Shown here: positions 21,460 through 34,814 of the stretch, in pieces | How the letters are laid out: each line of letters begins with the position of its first letter | Position numbering within the stretch: the first letter of the stretch is position 1 | Source of the DNA: Eledone cirrhosa | Lineage: Eukaryota | Length of the DNA: 64,000 bases | Reading direction: 5' to 3' | NCBI GenBank assembly: GCA_964016885.1 | Contig: OZ024742.1 | Location: forward strand, 95,356,001 to 95,420,000 | Translations under genes and position numbers: made by a program | The notes under the pieces: generated by a model | Database searches by the model: none | What the model saw: the letters and a program-made list of their open reading frames with translations, nothing else | Told to the model about the DNA's origin: nothing

Positions 21460-24400
21460 TATGAGCCTGCTGTTGTAACTGCTCACATCTATGTAGATTT
21501 AACTGGTCTCATATGTTGTTGTTGTTACATTTCACACCTATGTACATTTAGCTGGCCTTCAAAGAGCTTGCATTTCATGAGATCTTTCTCATGTTTTTTA
21601 ATGATAGTGGTTACAGTTCTATCATGGAAAGTCTCTGCCCTGGACTGAAAATTGCTACTGGTACTGTGAGTGAACTGAAGTAATGTAAAATTAAGCTTCT
21701 TGCTCAAGGACCCAACAAACTACTCAATCCAGGAATCAAACCCACAATTTCATGATCAACACCCTAATAGGCCATGCACCTAGGTTTATATGGATAATGT
21801 TTGAAAAGAACTGTGTATGGAGTGGAGATTTATGGTTGCTGTGAACATAGACAGGTGAGGAAATTGGAGAAATAGTGCCGGAGGGTGGGGGATTAGTCGA
21901 AGTATCCAACCAATGGTAGTGGTGGTGGTGGTGGTGGTGCAGTAATCAGGAAATGAGAGGAACAGGTGAAGAAATTAAGAAGGTTTCAGTAAGAGGTAGG
22001 GGTAGGACTAAAATCTCAACATGCTAACTGACATGGAGATGTTCTTCACATATCCTTAGAACACAAAAAAGAATTTAGTGTCATGATTTGTTTGGGGCTT
22101 TTATTTCATTTTATTTCATTTTATTGCATAACTGCTACTACCACTACTACTATTATTATTATTACTTTGTCACACAGAGTGGATGAAAAATGCACTGGAG
22201 TTTTATTATTATTATTTATTTATTTATCTTATGTTATGTATATATATTCTTTTTTTTTTTTTTTTTTTGAACGAGTAATGTATACAATATTATTCTTCCA
22301 TGAATGTTGCTACAATCCGAAGCCTTTCAATATAATGTATAGGTAACATTATATTAAGAAATCATAGACACAGCTTTTGGCAATATATACACTCTGGCTG
22401 ACACACCTTCAAATGATTTATAGAAATTCTATCTCAGTGCTTTGAGAAGATCATTTGCAATTTTCTTGTTAGCGATTTCTCTGCATTTCTATATTGAGTC
22501 ATGCTGTATCCCTGGTTGAATCTGTTCGGAGAAAAATTGTCCATTCAATCATAGGGTGATGTATTGCAAGAGGCATTTGTCTTGTCACTAATACATAATG
22601 GTTATGAAGTATCTATCTCTTCTTTCTCGTTCTTCTTATTTCTCTTTCTTCCTCTCTATCTTTTACAACAGACATATTCTATTAAGTATGTGTTTTTATG
22701 GGAAATTATTAGTTTTTCTTCTGAGCTGTCCTGATACTGAAGTCAACTTGGCGAGACTGACTACCATGTTTTGAGCAGAGAGATTCTTCTGTTGGCGTGA
22801 GTGGTTTATTTCAAGGAAATGACAGCTATGTGTATGATTTAATTGGTCAAGTGAGATGACTCGGGAGACTTAGGGTGCCAAGTTCAGGCCCTATGTAACA
22901 TACTGACATGACGTTTCATGTAGTTTGATAATGATAAAGTATTAAATCATTGTTGATGATGTTATATTCCTGAACAGAAACACTCACTGAATGAATAATG
23001 TATTAACTCTCTTTCAACTCTTAGGTCCTGTGTTCATATCTTATTATTGGCACATATATGTTTCTGGAGATTTAATTGACTCACTATTTGGATGGTGAAA
23101 TAGCTGTGGTAAGATTGGGTTTGTTGGTAAGGGGAAACTATTACTACAGTGACAAATCTTTTAAGGATATTTTCCTTGTTAATGCTGGGATTAGTCTTTT
23201 GGAGCCAATGATAGACTTCATACTCATCATGGTGTCTTTTTTGAGGCAATGTTTACTTTAGCTATGAATTAGATATATAACAACAAGTATTTTAAATCTA
23301 TTTTCTCTGCTAAAGCAAGGGTTAACCTTGTAGACTCAATGATAGACAGTGCACTTGAACTATATACTATATACATGAACTATATACATACAGTAGAAGG
23401 AACTACGTATTACTGTACCTTCTTTGTAGGCCCCATGACATATTTCATATTTATAATAGGTTTCTTTTTGAAGACGTGTTTTACAGCCAGATAACCTTCC
23501 TAATTACTGTTTATGACATGCAAAGGTATGGTGTACCTGTTCTAAACTGAATGCTCATAGAGAAATATTTGGGAAAAAGTAGATCTTGTAATTAGGGAGA
23601 AACTATATATTAAACTGAATTAGAACATAAATTTGGGTACATTTCTTGACTCTGAAAGAGATGTGAACAGAAGATGATGTAACAAAAAGTTTGTTGTAAC
23701 ATTTTCTTTTTCTAAATTTGTGAAACTTGTTAGAATTATGAGATATATGAGCTCAAATGAATGCTTTATTGATTGTCAAATATGAGGGGGATAAATGTTT
23801 TTGTGTACGATGTTAAAAACTTGTATTTTGCCCACAAACATGGTCACATTTGTAACATTTTGACATTCATTTTCTGTATATTAACTGCCAAAAGCAGAAT
23901 GTTCTAGGAGTCTTACTACCAGGCATTGAGAAGGTATGTACTGATGTAAAAATACCCATCACCAGGTTTCATCTGCTCTCAGCATGGATTGCTATCCATA
24001 GTTAACTTTGATATATACATGGTACGGATCCAATCTCTATCAAATTTTTAACTTGGAATAAAAAGAACGAGAACAAATATCGCCAGTTCACCACTCTAGA
24101 CTGGTATGATATAGAATTCGAATAAATAATCTAAACCATTTTGTTTGACCCATTAATACTTCAACCAGTACTGTTAGACTTAATCCATAACACAACCAGT
24201 TGGTTCTTGGGTGCCTTTAGTGAAGTTCACTCTGTTACGAGAATTTAGGTCAGGTCTCCAGTTTAAGGAAACATTTCTTTCTCTTTCCTACAATTCTTGG
24301 AGGCCCTGAAAGTGTGTCTGGGCATTGTCCTTTATTTCCGGAATTAACAGTAAAAATATTATATATGATTCTTTGTACAAGAACATTGTTTGCTCTGAAG

Positions 24401-26119
24401 TGGCAATATCGCATCTTCCCTACTGGTTTGCATCTATTTTCCAGATGAGCTGTTCTGTACAAAGGATTGACTGTTAAAAGTGACCATTTGTAGCCCATAT
24501 GCTCTGATTTTGGCTTCATTGTTACAGCTAGGTGACACCCACTTGACATTGTGAACTAAAACCATTTTATCATGATTCCTGTACTACCACATTATAGAGT
24601 GAACTGAGTGATTTTTGTCATGGTACCAGCACTACCACTTTACAGGGTAGAATGGGTGCTTTTTTATGGCACCCCCATTATAATTTTACAGGATTACAAA
24701 ACTCTAGTGGGATCTAATCTATTTAGCTTCAAATCAGATTTCTTAACTATACAACCTAGTCTATCCTGATTATATCTATCACATTCAGTACTACAAAATG
24801 TCATTGGAATTGAACCTGACATATATTTTCAAGGCACATTTCATAATCACACAGCCAGGCTTGTCATAGTCATAAATCTACTTTTGTAATACTGAAATAT
24901 CAGTATTAGAAAATTATATTTTGACCTAACCACAAAAAGTATGTAGTTTTGAAACAAACATCTTAAAGAGACAGCCAAACCTCTTTCAGTTATATATCTA
25001 CCTATTTCAATACATATAAAATTATATTCTATACACTAACTCTAAAATATTTACCTACAATACCTATATAATTATGATCTATACCATAAATGTTTGCATT
25101 ACTCAAAAGATATTAAGAAAGTTTTTGTTGATGCCAAGAGGCTTTTTGCAGGGCTCCAAGTATATGAAACGTTTTTGTAACTAGTAAAGTAGAATATTTG
25201 CCAGTCAAAAGAGTTGTTGAATGTTAGATTTTGTTGGCAATAAAAAAGAAAAAATAATTTTTTAGGTATTAGTTGTTTTTTTTTAAATTAAATTTTCCCA
25301 TTTTTCTAATTATTACATTTTAATGTTATATATTTATTTATTAAGCTTCAAATCTAGCCATAGAAATATTTAAATAGGAATAGAAATAGTTTTAAGGTAA
25401 ATTTTGCTGTTGCTTGTTTCATAAAAATTTCCATTGAAAGAAATTTTGAATATGAGAAAAATGAAATAGCAACAAGAAGAGGAGAAAATCGACATGGACA
25501 TCAATTTTTCTTGAAGAATGCTTGACTCAATTGTTTCCAAGAAATTGCCAGCTTTCTTTTATGGTACTGTAAAACTACAACGACAATTTACATTCTTAAG
25601 TTTTCATTTGATTTTTTGTAATTTATTTTACAAAACTAGGAAAAATTTTGTGCAAAACGCAAAAAGGAATTTTAAATTGCAGCCTACCCACCCTACAAAA
25701 TCTTCCTAAAAAAGAAAAAAAGTAATAATAATAATAATGGTGATGTTTTCTTTTTAATAATAATAATAGGAAATCAATTAAATGAAAATTAATAAATCAA
25801 TAGAGGTAATGGTGATGATGTTGGTGGTAGTAAATATTTTCAAGTGTAAATTACTAGGAGAGATCATTTTTCCTAATTCGTTATCGGAACTTAAAGCTCA
25901 ATGTACATATATGTGTTAGTGTGTAGGTGTAATTGTGTGTTAATACAGTGTTTTCTGTTTGGGCATATAATCATACACACAATGATATAGATTTAAACTT
26001 GAGTAAAGAAATATATTTATGTGTATGTATTGTGTAAAGCATATAACGGCTTTGTGTATAATCTTTATATCTATCTATATATCTATGCAAATATATATCC
26101 ATCAATGTTTAACTAAGTA

Positions 26120-26124
26120 CACAT

Positions 26125-26174
<50 letters not shown>

Positions 26175-26443
26175 TTGAATGTGTGTGTGTATGTGCATGT
26201 CTGTATATATGTATATCACAATATAATAAGTGTGCACACAAATCACTGCACAGGAATACTTCATGAAAATACAGAGACATATATATCTATAAACATCAAC
26301 ATATATGTAAATACGTAAAAATGCTAGTCCTATGAATGACTAACAGACAAAATAACATAAGAACATTCATAAACACACATACACATAAACACACAAATCT
26401 CTGGCTATATATCTATATATACATATATGTATATATACATACT

Positions 26444-26474
<31 letters not shown>

Positions 26475-26990
26475 GCAAATTACTTTGTATAATTACACTT
26501 ACACATGCATACATATATATATATATATATTTTTTTTTTAATATATATACATAATGTACATACCTGTATGCACATATCTATACGCAGACACACACACACC
26601 TAGACACAGTCACCCATACAGACATACACACACAGATCAGTACATGCAAGTAGCTATTATCTTTATTAGATCACCCGAGGTAAATTCATCTTCAGAGTAG
26701 TAATTGTCTTTTGCTGGCAGCAAATGAAATAGAGAAGACAGAAACAGAAAAACAGTTCTATATATGTACACACACACATACATACACATACTCACATATA
26801 TATACATACATATATATATATGAATATATATATATATATATATATAGATATATTTGTATATATAAATATGTGTGTGTATATGCACTTATATATAAACACA
26901 CACACATATGAATATATATATATATATATATATTTGTATATATAAATATGTGTGTGTGTGTGTGTATGCACTTATATATAAATACACACG

Positions 26991-27025
<35 letters not shown>

Positions 27026-27320
27026 TGTTGTTCTGTTGTGTTGTTATTGTGCTGATCTGATCTCTTCCCAATGTGTTTTGTTCTAGAAAACTAATGATAA
27101 GATTTATTATAAGAAATACATTGTTAACAGCTACTTTTGTTGAAGTTCTTGTTATCAGGTTTTTCTGTGTGACATTATTGCATATATGTGTATGAAAGTG
27201 TATACAAATATATGCGTATATATGTATAAATATATATATAAGGACACACACATGTACATATATATATATATATATACACATGCACACACATACATGTATG
27301 TATGTATTTATGTATGTATC
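26120..27320. repeat. Extended (TA)/(CA)/(TG) microsatellite-rich region
   Basis: Direct reading; includes a local duplication of a ~90-bp unit at ~26820-27020. Confidence 0.85.
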
Positions 27321-30177
27321 ACCTGTCTATCTCCTGCTTAGACAAATTATCTCTTCATTGATTGTTTTGCTCTGAAGACAATCTACAATTCATGGAAGAT
27401 ACAGTCAAGAATCTCCTTCACAACTCTGAATAGTAGGGAGTGGATGAGAAGTATTATGGTACTAAAGGTAAGGACAAAGGTGGTGGGGCAAATGTGAGCA
27501 TATGCTGATCGGCAGGAGGGAGGGTAGCAGTGAACACTAAACATTTTCTCTGGAGCTAAATTTTAAAAGAAATATGAAGTAAAAAAAAGTATACACACAT
27601 TCACACATGTCGACAGACACATATCACAACAATATCCCTGATTGTCACCAGAATCTCACCACTACTATCCACTTGAAAAAAATTTAATGGGAGAAAAAAA
27701 GCATAGATTAATTTATGAGAAATGAAGAATATTTGAAAAATAGACTATTACATATGCTAATCTTAGTTTTCCTGGTTCGAATCTACAACATTTTTTTGTT
27801 CAGTCAAGTATATTTTCAGCTGTTTTATATATATATATATATAAACAAAATGGCTGTGTGGTTATGGAATTCATGTCATAATTCTTTGGTTCCACGCTCT
27901 GTTCCACTGTGTCAGACATTGGGCAGCTGTCTTCTAATATAGCCTCAGTTTGATTTCTTGTAATGAAATCTATGTTGAATAATATATGTTTGGTGTTGCT
28001 TATATTTACTATCTGTTTATGTCCCATAAATTAGTTAGTTGTCAAAACTAGTACATAAATTGTTAGTTGATGCAATATGTACCAGACTTGCAAAATAAAG
28101 ATTGAGGTTCATATGATCAACTAAATCTTTTCAAGATGGTACCCCTGCATTGTCACAGTCTAATACCGGAACTAAGTAAATGAATAAAATAATAAAACAA
28201 TATACTTCACCTTTTACTAGAAGATGAGTGGTCTTAGTTTCTTGGTCATCTACTTACTGGTTATTGTGTTCATCAACATGAAAACAAGTTGAGTTTTCTG
28301 CCCATCCATATTACTAGGATTTTGTTGTTTAAAAATAGAATTCCCGTAGCCCTGTTTTTGATGTTGCTATTGCTGACGTACCATTCTCTCTCCTCTTCTG
28401 CTTTTCTTGTTTCTGTTACAGAAGGCCCTCAAATGGCTCTTGTTGTCACACATGTAGCTGGTAAGCCATTTGTCTTACCTCACCAGGTTCATGGCCTTTC
28501 GTTTCGGCACTTTGATCTTCAGAAATCATTCAAATTTGCATGTCCATACTGAATCTCCTTGACACATATAATAATTAGTTACATTAGTATCAACCACCTG
28601 TGTGTACCATGTCACAAAGGAGACAATAAGTCAAAGTTCAATATCCATGTCATGCTATAAACTGTAGCCTTTTATCTTGTGACACAATTTGCAAGTACTC
28701 AACATATTCCCTCACTTTGTTTTCAGTCTTACAGACCAGACAGATGCAGCCATATGTGCTGCCAAAAAATTACATCTTTCCACACATCGGGTAGAGTTTC
28801 CTCGAACCCTTCAATGGGGTGGATGCAAAAAGTCAGTTTCTCCATTTTTAGCAACACAGAAGTATTGTTGTCTTTCTTCAAACTGTTGTGTTGCTCCAAC
28901 AAGAAAATTTCATTATTGTTATTATGAAGTTCATTATTTCTTCCATTATATGCATGTTCAAGGTTTAGGTTGTGTATATATGTACATAGCAAGGCCAATC
29001 ATTAACTGAATGAGAACCCAATGCATTTGAGCAGAGTTTTAGTATAATTCTCAAAAGAAAAAGTTGGCAATACCATCAAAGTGTATAAGGGCATGTTTAT
29101 GAGTATAAGTTTATACATACATACATCATCATCATCACCACCATCATCGTTTAAATGTCTATCTTCCACGCTTGCATAGGTTAGACGGGAGTTGTTCCAC
29201 TTGAGGCAAGATTGGTTGGGTGACCATGTCTAGCTCATATAGGACTATCTGGCAGGTTTTCTATGGCTGGATGCCCTTCCTAACACCATCCCCATTTACA
29301 GTGTGGATGGACCAACCACATTTACAGTATGACAACCTTTCTAATGCTGCAACCATGATCAAATGCAACCAGTAATATCGTATCCAGCTGTAGAAAGAAG
29401 AGTTTCATGCAGTAGAAACCCTACAAAATCAGAGTGTATGTAAGTGAGACATGATCCACCTATCCATCTCTGACTCTAGCTTCAATTACATACTGACTCT
29501 CTCTGTAGGACCAGTCCAAACCATGCCAGCATGGAAAATTAGATGTAAAATAATGATGATGATCATAATGGGGGTGGTACTGGTGGTGAGGGTGATGATG
29601 ATGATGATGTAATGCTTGTTGTGTCTTTATTAGGCTCAATATTGTTTGATTTTATCTTCTAGTTTGTCTTTATTAATTATATGTTAATATTTTTTCTTAA
29701 GTTTTTATGGTAGTTTTTATTGAACGGTAGAGTGGATATTTACTTTTATTGACACTACCACCACATTAGCAAACACCTCTTGCTGTTCCTCCATAAGAAG
29801 CCAACAAATATATTTATATAAACACTGTTTAAAAACTACTAAAATATAAACATTTTAACAGAGAAACCATATTTTTCTACCCCAAAGAAATTGGGTGGAC
29901 ACTGAATTGTTCCAAAGTTTTCTTATTGGCAAAATGTTCCAAAAGAAACTTTTTCTTTCCATTTAGTATAAATATTGTAAATCTATAAACACAGATTAAG
30001 AAAGAGAGACAGATAGACTGACAGAGCAGAGTAAACACTTCTGCTTACATACAAATGTAATAATGATTTCACGAGGCCAGCAATTAGAGGCAAAGGGGAT
30101 GTTAATTTAAATCAACTCTGGTATGCAACTGGTGCTATATTTTATCAACTCTGGAAGGATGAAAGGCAAAGTTGGAA

Positions 30178-30800
30178 AATAAGAAAGCCTTATTATGGTT
30201 GCTAAAGAACAAACCTTGAACACAAATTCAATCAGAAAAGATATTTATAAAATGGATGTCTCTAACAGGTGTAGATTATTTTGGGAACATTTTGAGAATG
30301 TCTTGCATTTAGTTTGAAAATGTAGTATATTGGCTCAGAAAGATTATAAAAGAAGGCATGATGAAGGCTGCCTGAACCTCAACTGGTTACTATGCAAGAA
30401 GGCATAGAAATTACTGATAAATAGTATCAACATAAACTAGTAGCAGTTATTGAAAACACAAATGCCACAATATTGCGTGATGTGTGTATACAAGTAGACA
30501 GAGAAATCACACATCGAAAGCTCAACATAATTGTTATTGAGCAAAGAATAAGTAAGTGCTATGTTGTTGATGTGGCATGCTCAATTGGTAACAATTTGAA
30601 GCTAAAATGAGTTGAAAAGATTGATAAGTATGCTGAATTGCATAGAATGTGGGGAGAAAAACATATATCTTAAACCTATAATTATAGAAGTACTTGGATC
30701 AATAGCAAAAGAAAGTTACATTTATTTGAAAATGTGTGATATTGAGTATGAAATAAATACATTCCATGATTTGGTGCTTCTAGATACCGCTCCTATCCTC
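30178..30800 (+). pseudogene. R4/Dong-like non-LTR retrotransposon relic (CCHC knuckle + restriction-like endonuclease)
   Basis: ESLIMVAKEQTLNT, CRL...ENVLHLV.KC, YKRRHD, DREITHRKLNIIV...VVDVAC, EKIDKY. Confidence 0.7.
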
Positions 30801-30934
30801 CAAACGGTACAATGAGCTATCTGATGAACAAGAATCAGAAAATCTCCTTAAACTTTCAATAACCTGACAAGGAGTCATATTAACCAGTTTAATAAAATCT
30901 TAAAGCCATGACATTCAATAATGATAATGATATT

Positions 30935-30949
30935 CTGTAGTAGTAGTAG

Positions 30950-31028
<79 letters not shown>

Positions 31029-31043
31029 AGTAGTAGTAGTAAT
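30935..31043. repeat. (TAG)(CAT)n(CAG)(TAG) compound trinucleotide microsatellite
   Basis: Direct reading. Confidence 0.95.
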
Positions 31044-31258
31044 GAGATCTTGAAATGCTGCTCCAGAAAACATGCCTAATGGGAACCGTATGAATATTGA
31101 GAAAGGTTCTGGACTACCAGCTGTAGTGAAAGAACAAGAAATAATATAAAAAGATGATGTTACCCTGGGCTATTAGTTGTAGCCCAACATCCATTAAAAT
31201 AACTGACCCAAAGCAACATCAAAGCTGGTCGTAATAAATAGTCAAATAATAATAATAT
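31044..31258 (+). mobile_element. 3' terminus of an R4/Dong-like element with (TAA)n tail
   Basis: LMGTV.ILRKVL C-terminal motif, short UTR, AATAATAAT tail. Confidence 0.45.
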
Positions 31259-31460
31259 TGGTTTCTGATTTAGGCACAAGGCCTACAATCTTTTTTAGGA
31301 GCGAGTCAATTAAATCATCCCCAGTACTTGAAGGATACTTTATTTTATTGACTTCATAAGGATGCAAGGTTAAGTTGACCTTTGTGGAATTCGAACTCAG
31401 AATGTAAAGAGCTAAGCAAATACTGCAACACTCTAATGACTCTGCCGACCCACCACCCAA
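31246..31460 (-). mobile_element. Older, longer SINE family B variant
   Basis: TTAGGCACAAGGCC...AGTTGACC...TTCGAACTCAGAATG. Similar old copies at ~32420-32575, ~38025-38240, ~38285-38495, ~49900-50070, ~62955-63150. Confidence 0.65.
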
Positions 31461-32972
31461 TATACTACAATAATGATAATAACAACAAGAATGATTTCTA
31501 ATTTCAACACAAGTGAAGCAATTTTGTGACAGCTAATTAAATCCATCTCACTACTTGACTGGTACTATATTTTATTGAGTCTATTTTCTTTAACATCAGA
31601 ATGTTCCAACCATTAATATACAGACAGCCATTTAACACTTTTAATCCCAAACTGCATGTTTCTATGATATGAATCTGTTTGATGTGAAATGTGATTATAT
31701 TTATCTGAAAATCTTTCATGTAAGAATCTCTGCTGCGTTATATTCCTAACACCAGCCTAATAACGAGAAAGTTCAATACTACAAAACGCCCTCAAATTCT
31801 TGATTATTTTGAATATTAGTTGAAACCCTTAGGCAGTGTCTTTCATTAGAAATATGGTAATGAAAGTGTTGAGAAATATTAGTTGTTCACACCTCAGAAT
31901 TATTCAAATTTTAAATAACTCTCTTTCTCTACTCCAACTAATATATTATTTACTTTGTGTTTCGATTCCTGACACTGAGGCAAGTCAAAGCAAAATTAGA
32001 TTTCTGCTAGTGAACACCAATAAGAATGAAACATGCCAAAGAAAACAGAAACATAACATTAGGCATGAAAAAATATTATTTTTCTTTCACTGAATATTAG
32101 ATTTGAATTTAGCTTTTCTATGTTCCATATATTAAATAAGCTTCCATAAATATGTATGTTTGGTCATACATTTTTATAGTGAACAAAAGATAAATTACAA
32201 TTTATCCAAAATTATTACATTTATTTCCAGCATAAAGTAGATCACTAAATTCTCTATCTGCCACATGTATAATTCTTAATGGAGTTTTAGGGGGACTACA
32301 GAGACATGTGGCATTTCTTAGGCAATTTTTAAACTTGCCAGTTCTGAACACAGCCAATTTCATAGAGAGAACGAGGGAGGGAGGCAGATTGGCATGAGAA
32401 AAAGATATAGAGAAAGAATTGGCACCAGTACAAGACTGGACATTTTTTTATCAACCTCAGAAGTATAAAAGGCAAATTGACCCCAACAGGATTTGATCTC
32501 AGAGCACAGAGATCCAGTGTAAATACTACAAAGTATTCTATCTGTTAAGTATTCTAACAACTCTGCCAATTCACCACTTCAGATTACTGTAATAACATTC
32601 CCAAACTTTCAGTTTATTTCATCAAAGTGGCTTTGTAGTATTTTGCAGTTAATCTGTCTTTGATGCCATACCGCCGGAAACCAACCCTCTTGCTACAATA
32701 ACAAGTACTTTTTGTTTTCAGGTGTTTTTATTTATCCCAAAAGCTTCTATTATGATTTTATATAAAATCCTTTGTTACGATATATACCAAATATGGTAAA
32801 GAGAATATTAGTTATTTTATAATTGCTATCTGATGTTTAAGATGGATGATTTGGCAGAGTCATTAAAGTGCTGTAGAGAATGTATAAGAATAAATCCTGC
32901 TCTCTGAGCTTGGAATGCAAATTCTGCAGAAGTCAGTCCACTTTGGGTTTGATGAAGAAAATACTGTTCCAG

Positions 32973-33041
<69 letters not shown>

Positions 33042-33044
<3 letters not shown>

Positions 33045-33292
33045 AATTGGCCGCTAAAGGGTTCTCTCTAAAAATGAAAGGCAGGCTGTATGATGCCTGC
33101 ATACGAACAGCAATGTTATATGGCAGTGAGACCTGGGCATTGTGTGCAGTAATTTCCAACCTGAAATCCTGAAATTTTCTCCAGATTAAAATATTATTGA
33201 CCTAAAAAGAACATAAGGTAAGATACTAATGCAGGGGATTAGAAAATGTTAGCGTGGAAGAACAGACGTAAAACGGTGATGTTGATTATGAT
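33042..33292 (+). mobile_element. Short RTE piece: RT C-terminal fragment + 103-bp inverted genomic patch + RTE 3' tail
   Basis: KGFSLKMKGRLYDACIRTAMLYGSETWA (33042-33147), patch 33148-33250, then AGCGTGGAAGAACAGACGTAAAACGGTGATG tail. Confidence 0.75.
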
Positions 33293-33644
33293 ATATATAT
33301 ATATATTTCTCTCTCACATCCTGGATATTCCATTTGATGAAGAGTCATAAGGATGAGAGGATTTTAATGACTTCCCACAACAACAAGACAACCTCAAACC
33401 ATAAATAAAAGCATGCCATATGCTACTAAATCCTCTTCAATTACAAATATCAGCCATAATAGTTTGTCTGAAGGGTGAAATGCTTATACTTTTCCATTTG
33501 TTTCTTGGCCCTCCTATATTGTAGTAGTGTTGCTGAGGCACAACATTTTCTAATCCCCTGCATTAGTATCTTACCTTATGCTCTTTTTAGGTCAATAATA
33601 TTTTAATCTGGAGAAAATTTCAGGATTTCAGGTTGGAAATTACT
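33148..33644. repeat. 103-bp inverted repeat (33148-33250 / 33542-33644), 1 mismatch
   Basis: Base-by-base reverse-complement comparison gives 102/103 identity. Confidence 0.95.
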
Positions 33645-33676
33645 TTTAGGTTGAAAAATTCTTTATTATTGTTTAA

Positions 33677-34600
33677 TTGATGATTGATGAAATGCAGCTC
33701 GGATTTGAGTCAGGAAAAGAAGCAACTAATGCAATTTTTATTATTAAGCAGTAACTTTGCCTTTCATCCTTACAGGGTCGATAAAATAAAGTACCAGTAA
33801 TGCACTGGTTCATTGCTGGCCTTGTGCCTAAAGTAGAAACAATTATTATGCAGTAAGAGAAGAAATACAGGGCCAGGAAGAAGAATTTGTTTAGTAGGTT
33901 TGTTTGTCTGGAGAAAGCGTTCAGTTGGGCATGTCTTGAGGTAGTGATATGAGCATTGTGAGTATTAGAAGTAGAAGAATAAGTTGTTAGGGTCATAATG
34001 GCAATGTATGATGGGAAATGCATTCAGTTGTAAGGACGAAGGATGGGAACAGTGACGAGTTTTGAGATAAAGGCTGGAGTGCATCAGTGATTAGTATTAA
34101 ACATAATACTATTTGTAATTGTAATGAAGGTATTGGCCCAAATTGTAAAAGAGTGTTTACAGTGGGAGTTTACAGTTAATAGCAGAGAGTATGGATGAAC
34201 TGATGGGGAAGATAAATATGTGGAAGAAATGAAAGGATTCAAAAGGTATGAAGGTGAATGTTGGAGAGATGAAGGCAATGGCAAGTAGAAAAGCATGTTG
34301 TGAGATAAAAAGAGCAGGAAGGTGGGCATGTGCAGTGTGCAGGAGGAGTAGGAATATAGTGAGAAATGAAATGAGATGACTAGATCATGTGTTGAAGAAG
34401 GATGGAAGTGAAAGTATAAGGAAGTAGCAGAAGGGAAGACCAAGAAAGATATGGCTAAAGATAATGGAGTAGGAAATGAATGGCAGGGGACTAGCGAGGT
34501 GGGATGCAGTTGATAGGGTAAATTGTAGTAGATCGCTATGGGGTCCACAGGGCTATTCCCTGTTTCAGCAGGGAAAATGTACATAAAATGGTTGTTATAT
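33677..34600 (+). pseudogene. Old decayed RTE relic interrupted by a SINE-B 3' part (33755-33841)
   Basis: IDEMQLGF, FVCLEKAF, GVHQ remnants; the SINE is flanked by ATTATTAAGCAGTAA / ATTATTATGCAGTAA. Confidence 0.65.
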
Positions 34601-34814
34601 TGGTTAAGATATTCATTTTACATCCATGTAGTTTTGGATAGCATCTTGATCAAGAATCTTCTACTATAACCTCATGTTGACTAATGCATTGTGAAAGAAA
34701 CTTGCTGGCAGAAACTGCAAAAACCCAATCTGGCGTCACACAGTAATACAGAAGACCCGACCCCCACGGGTACAAGCTGAAGCTGAAGCATATAGAGAAT
34801 ATGCCTCCACACCC

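Noticed and set aside
22700-24560. Possible decayed retroelement or host exons
   Set aside because: Only vague motif echoes; no continuous frame or splice-consistent exon could be supported by eye.
26019-27287. YIYI/CVCV-type ORFs here and at other TA/TG tracts
   Set aside because: Dinucleotide microsatellite translations.
28490-28525. Hammerhead-like CUGAAGA...GAAA on the minus strand (also at ~19675-19705)
   Set aside because: Helix II does not pair convincingly, and a correctly placed UH cleavage site with helix I is missing.
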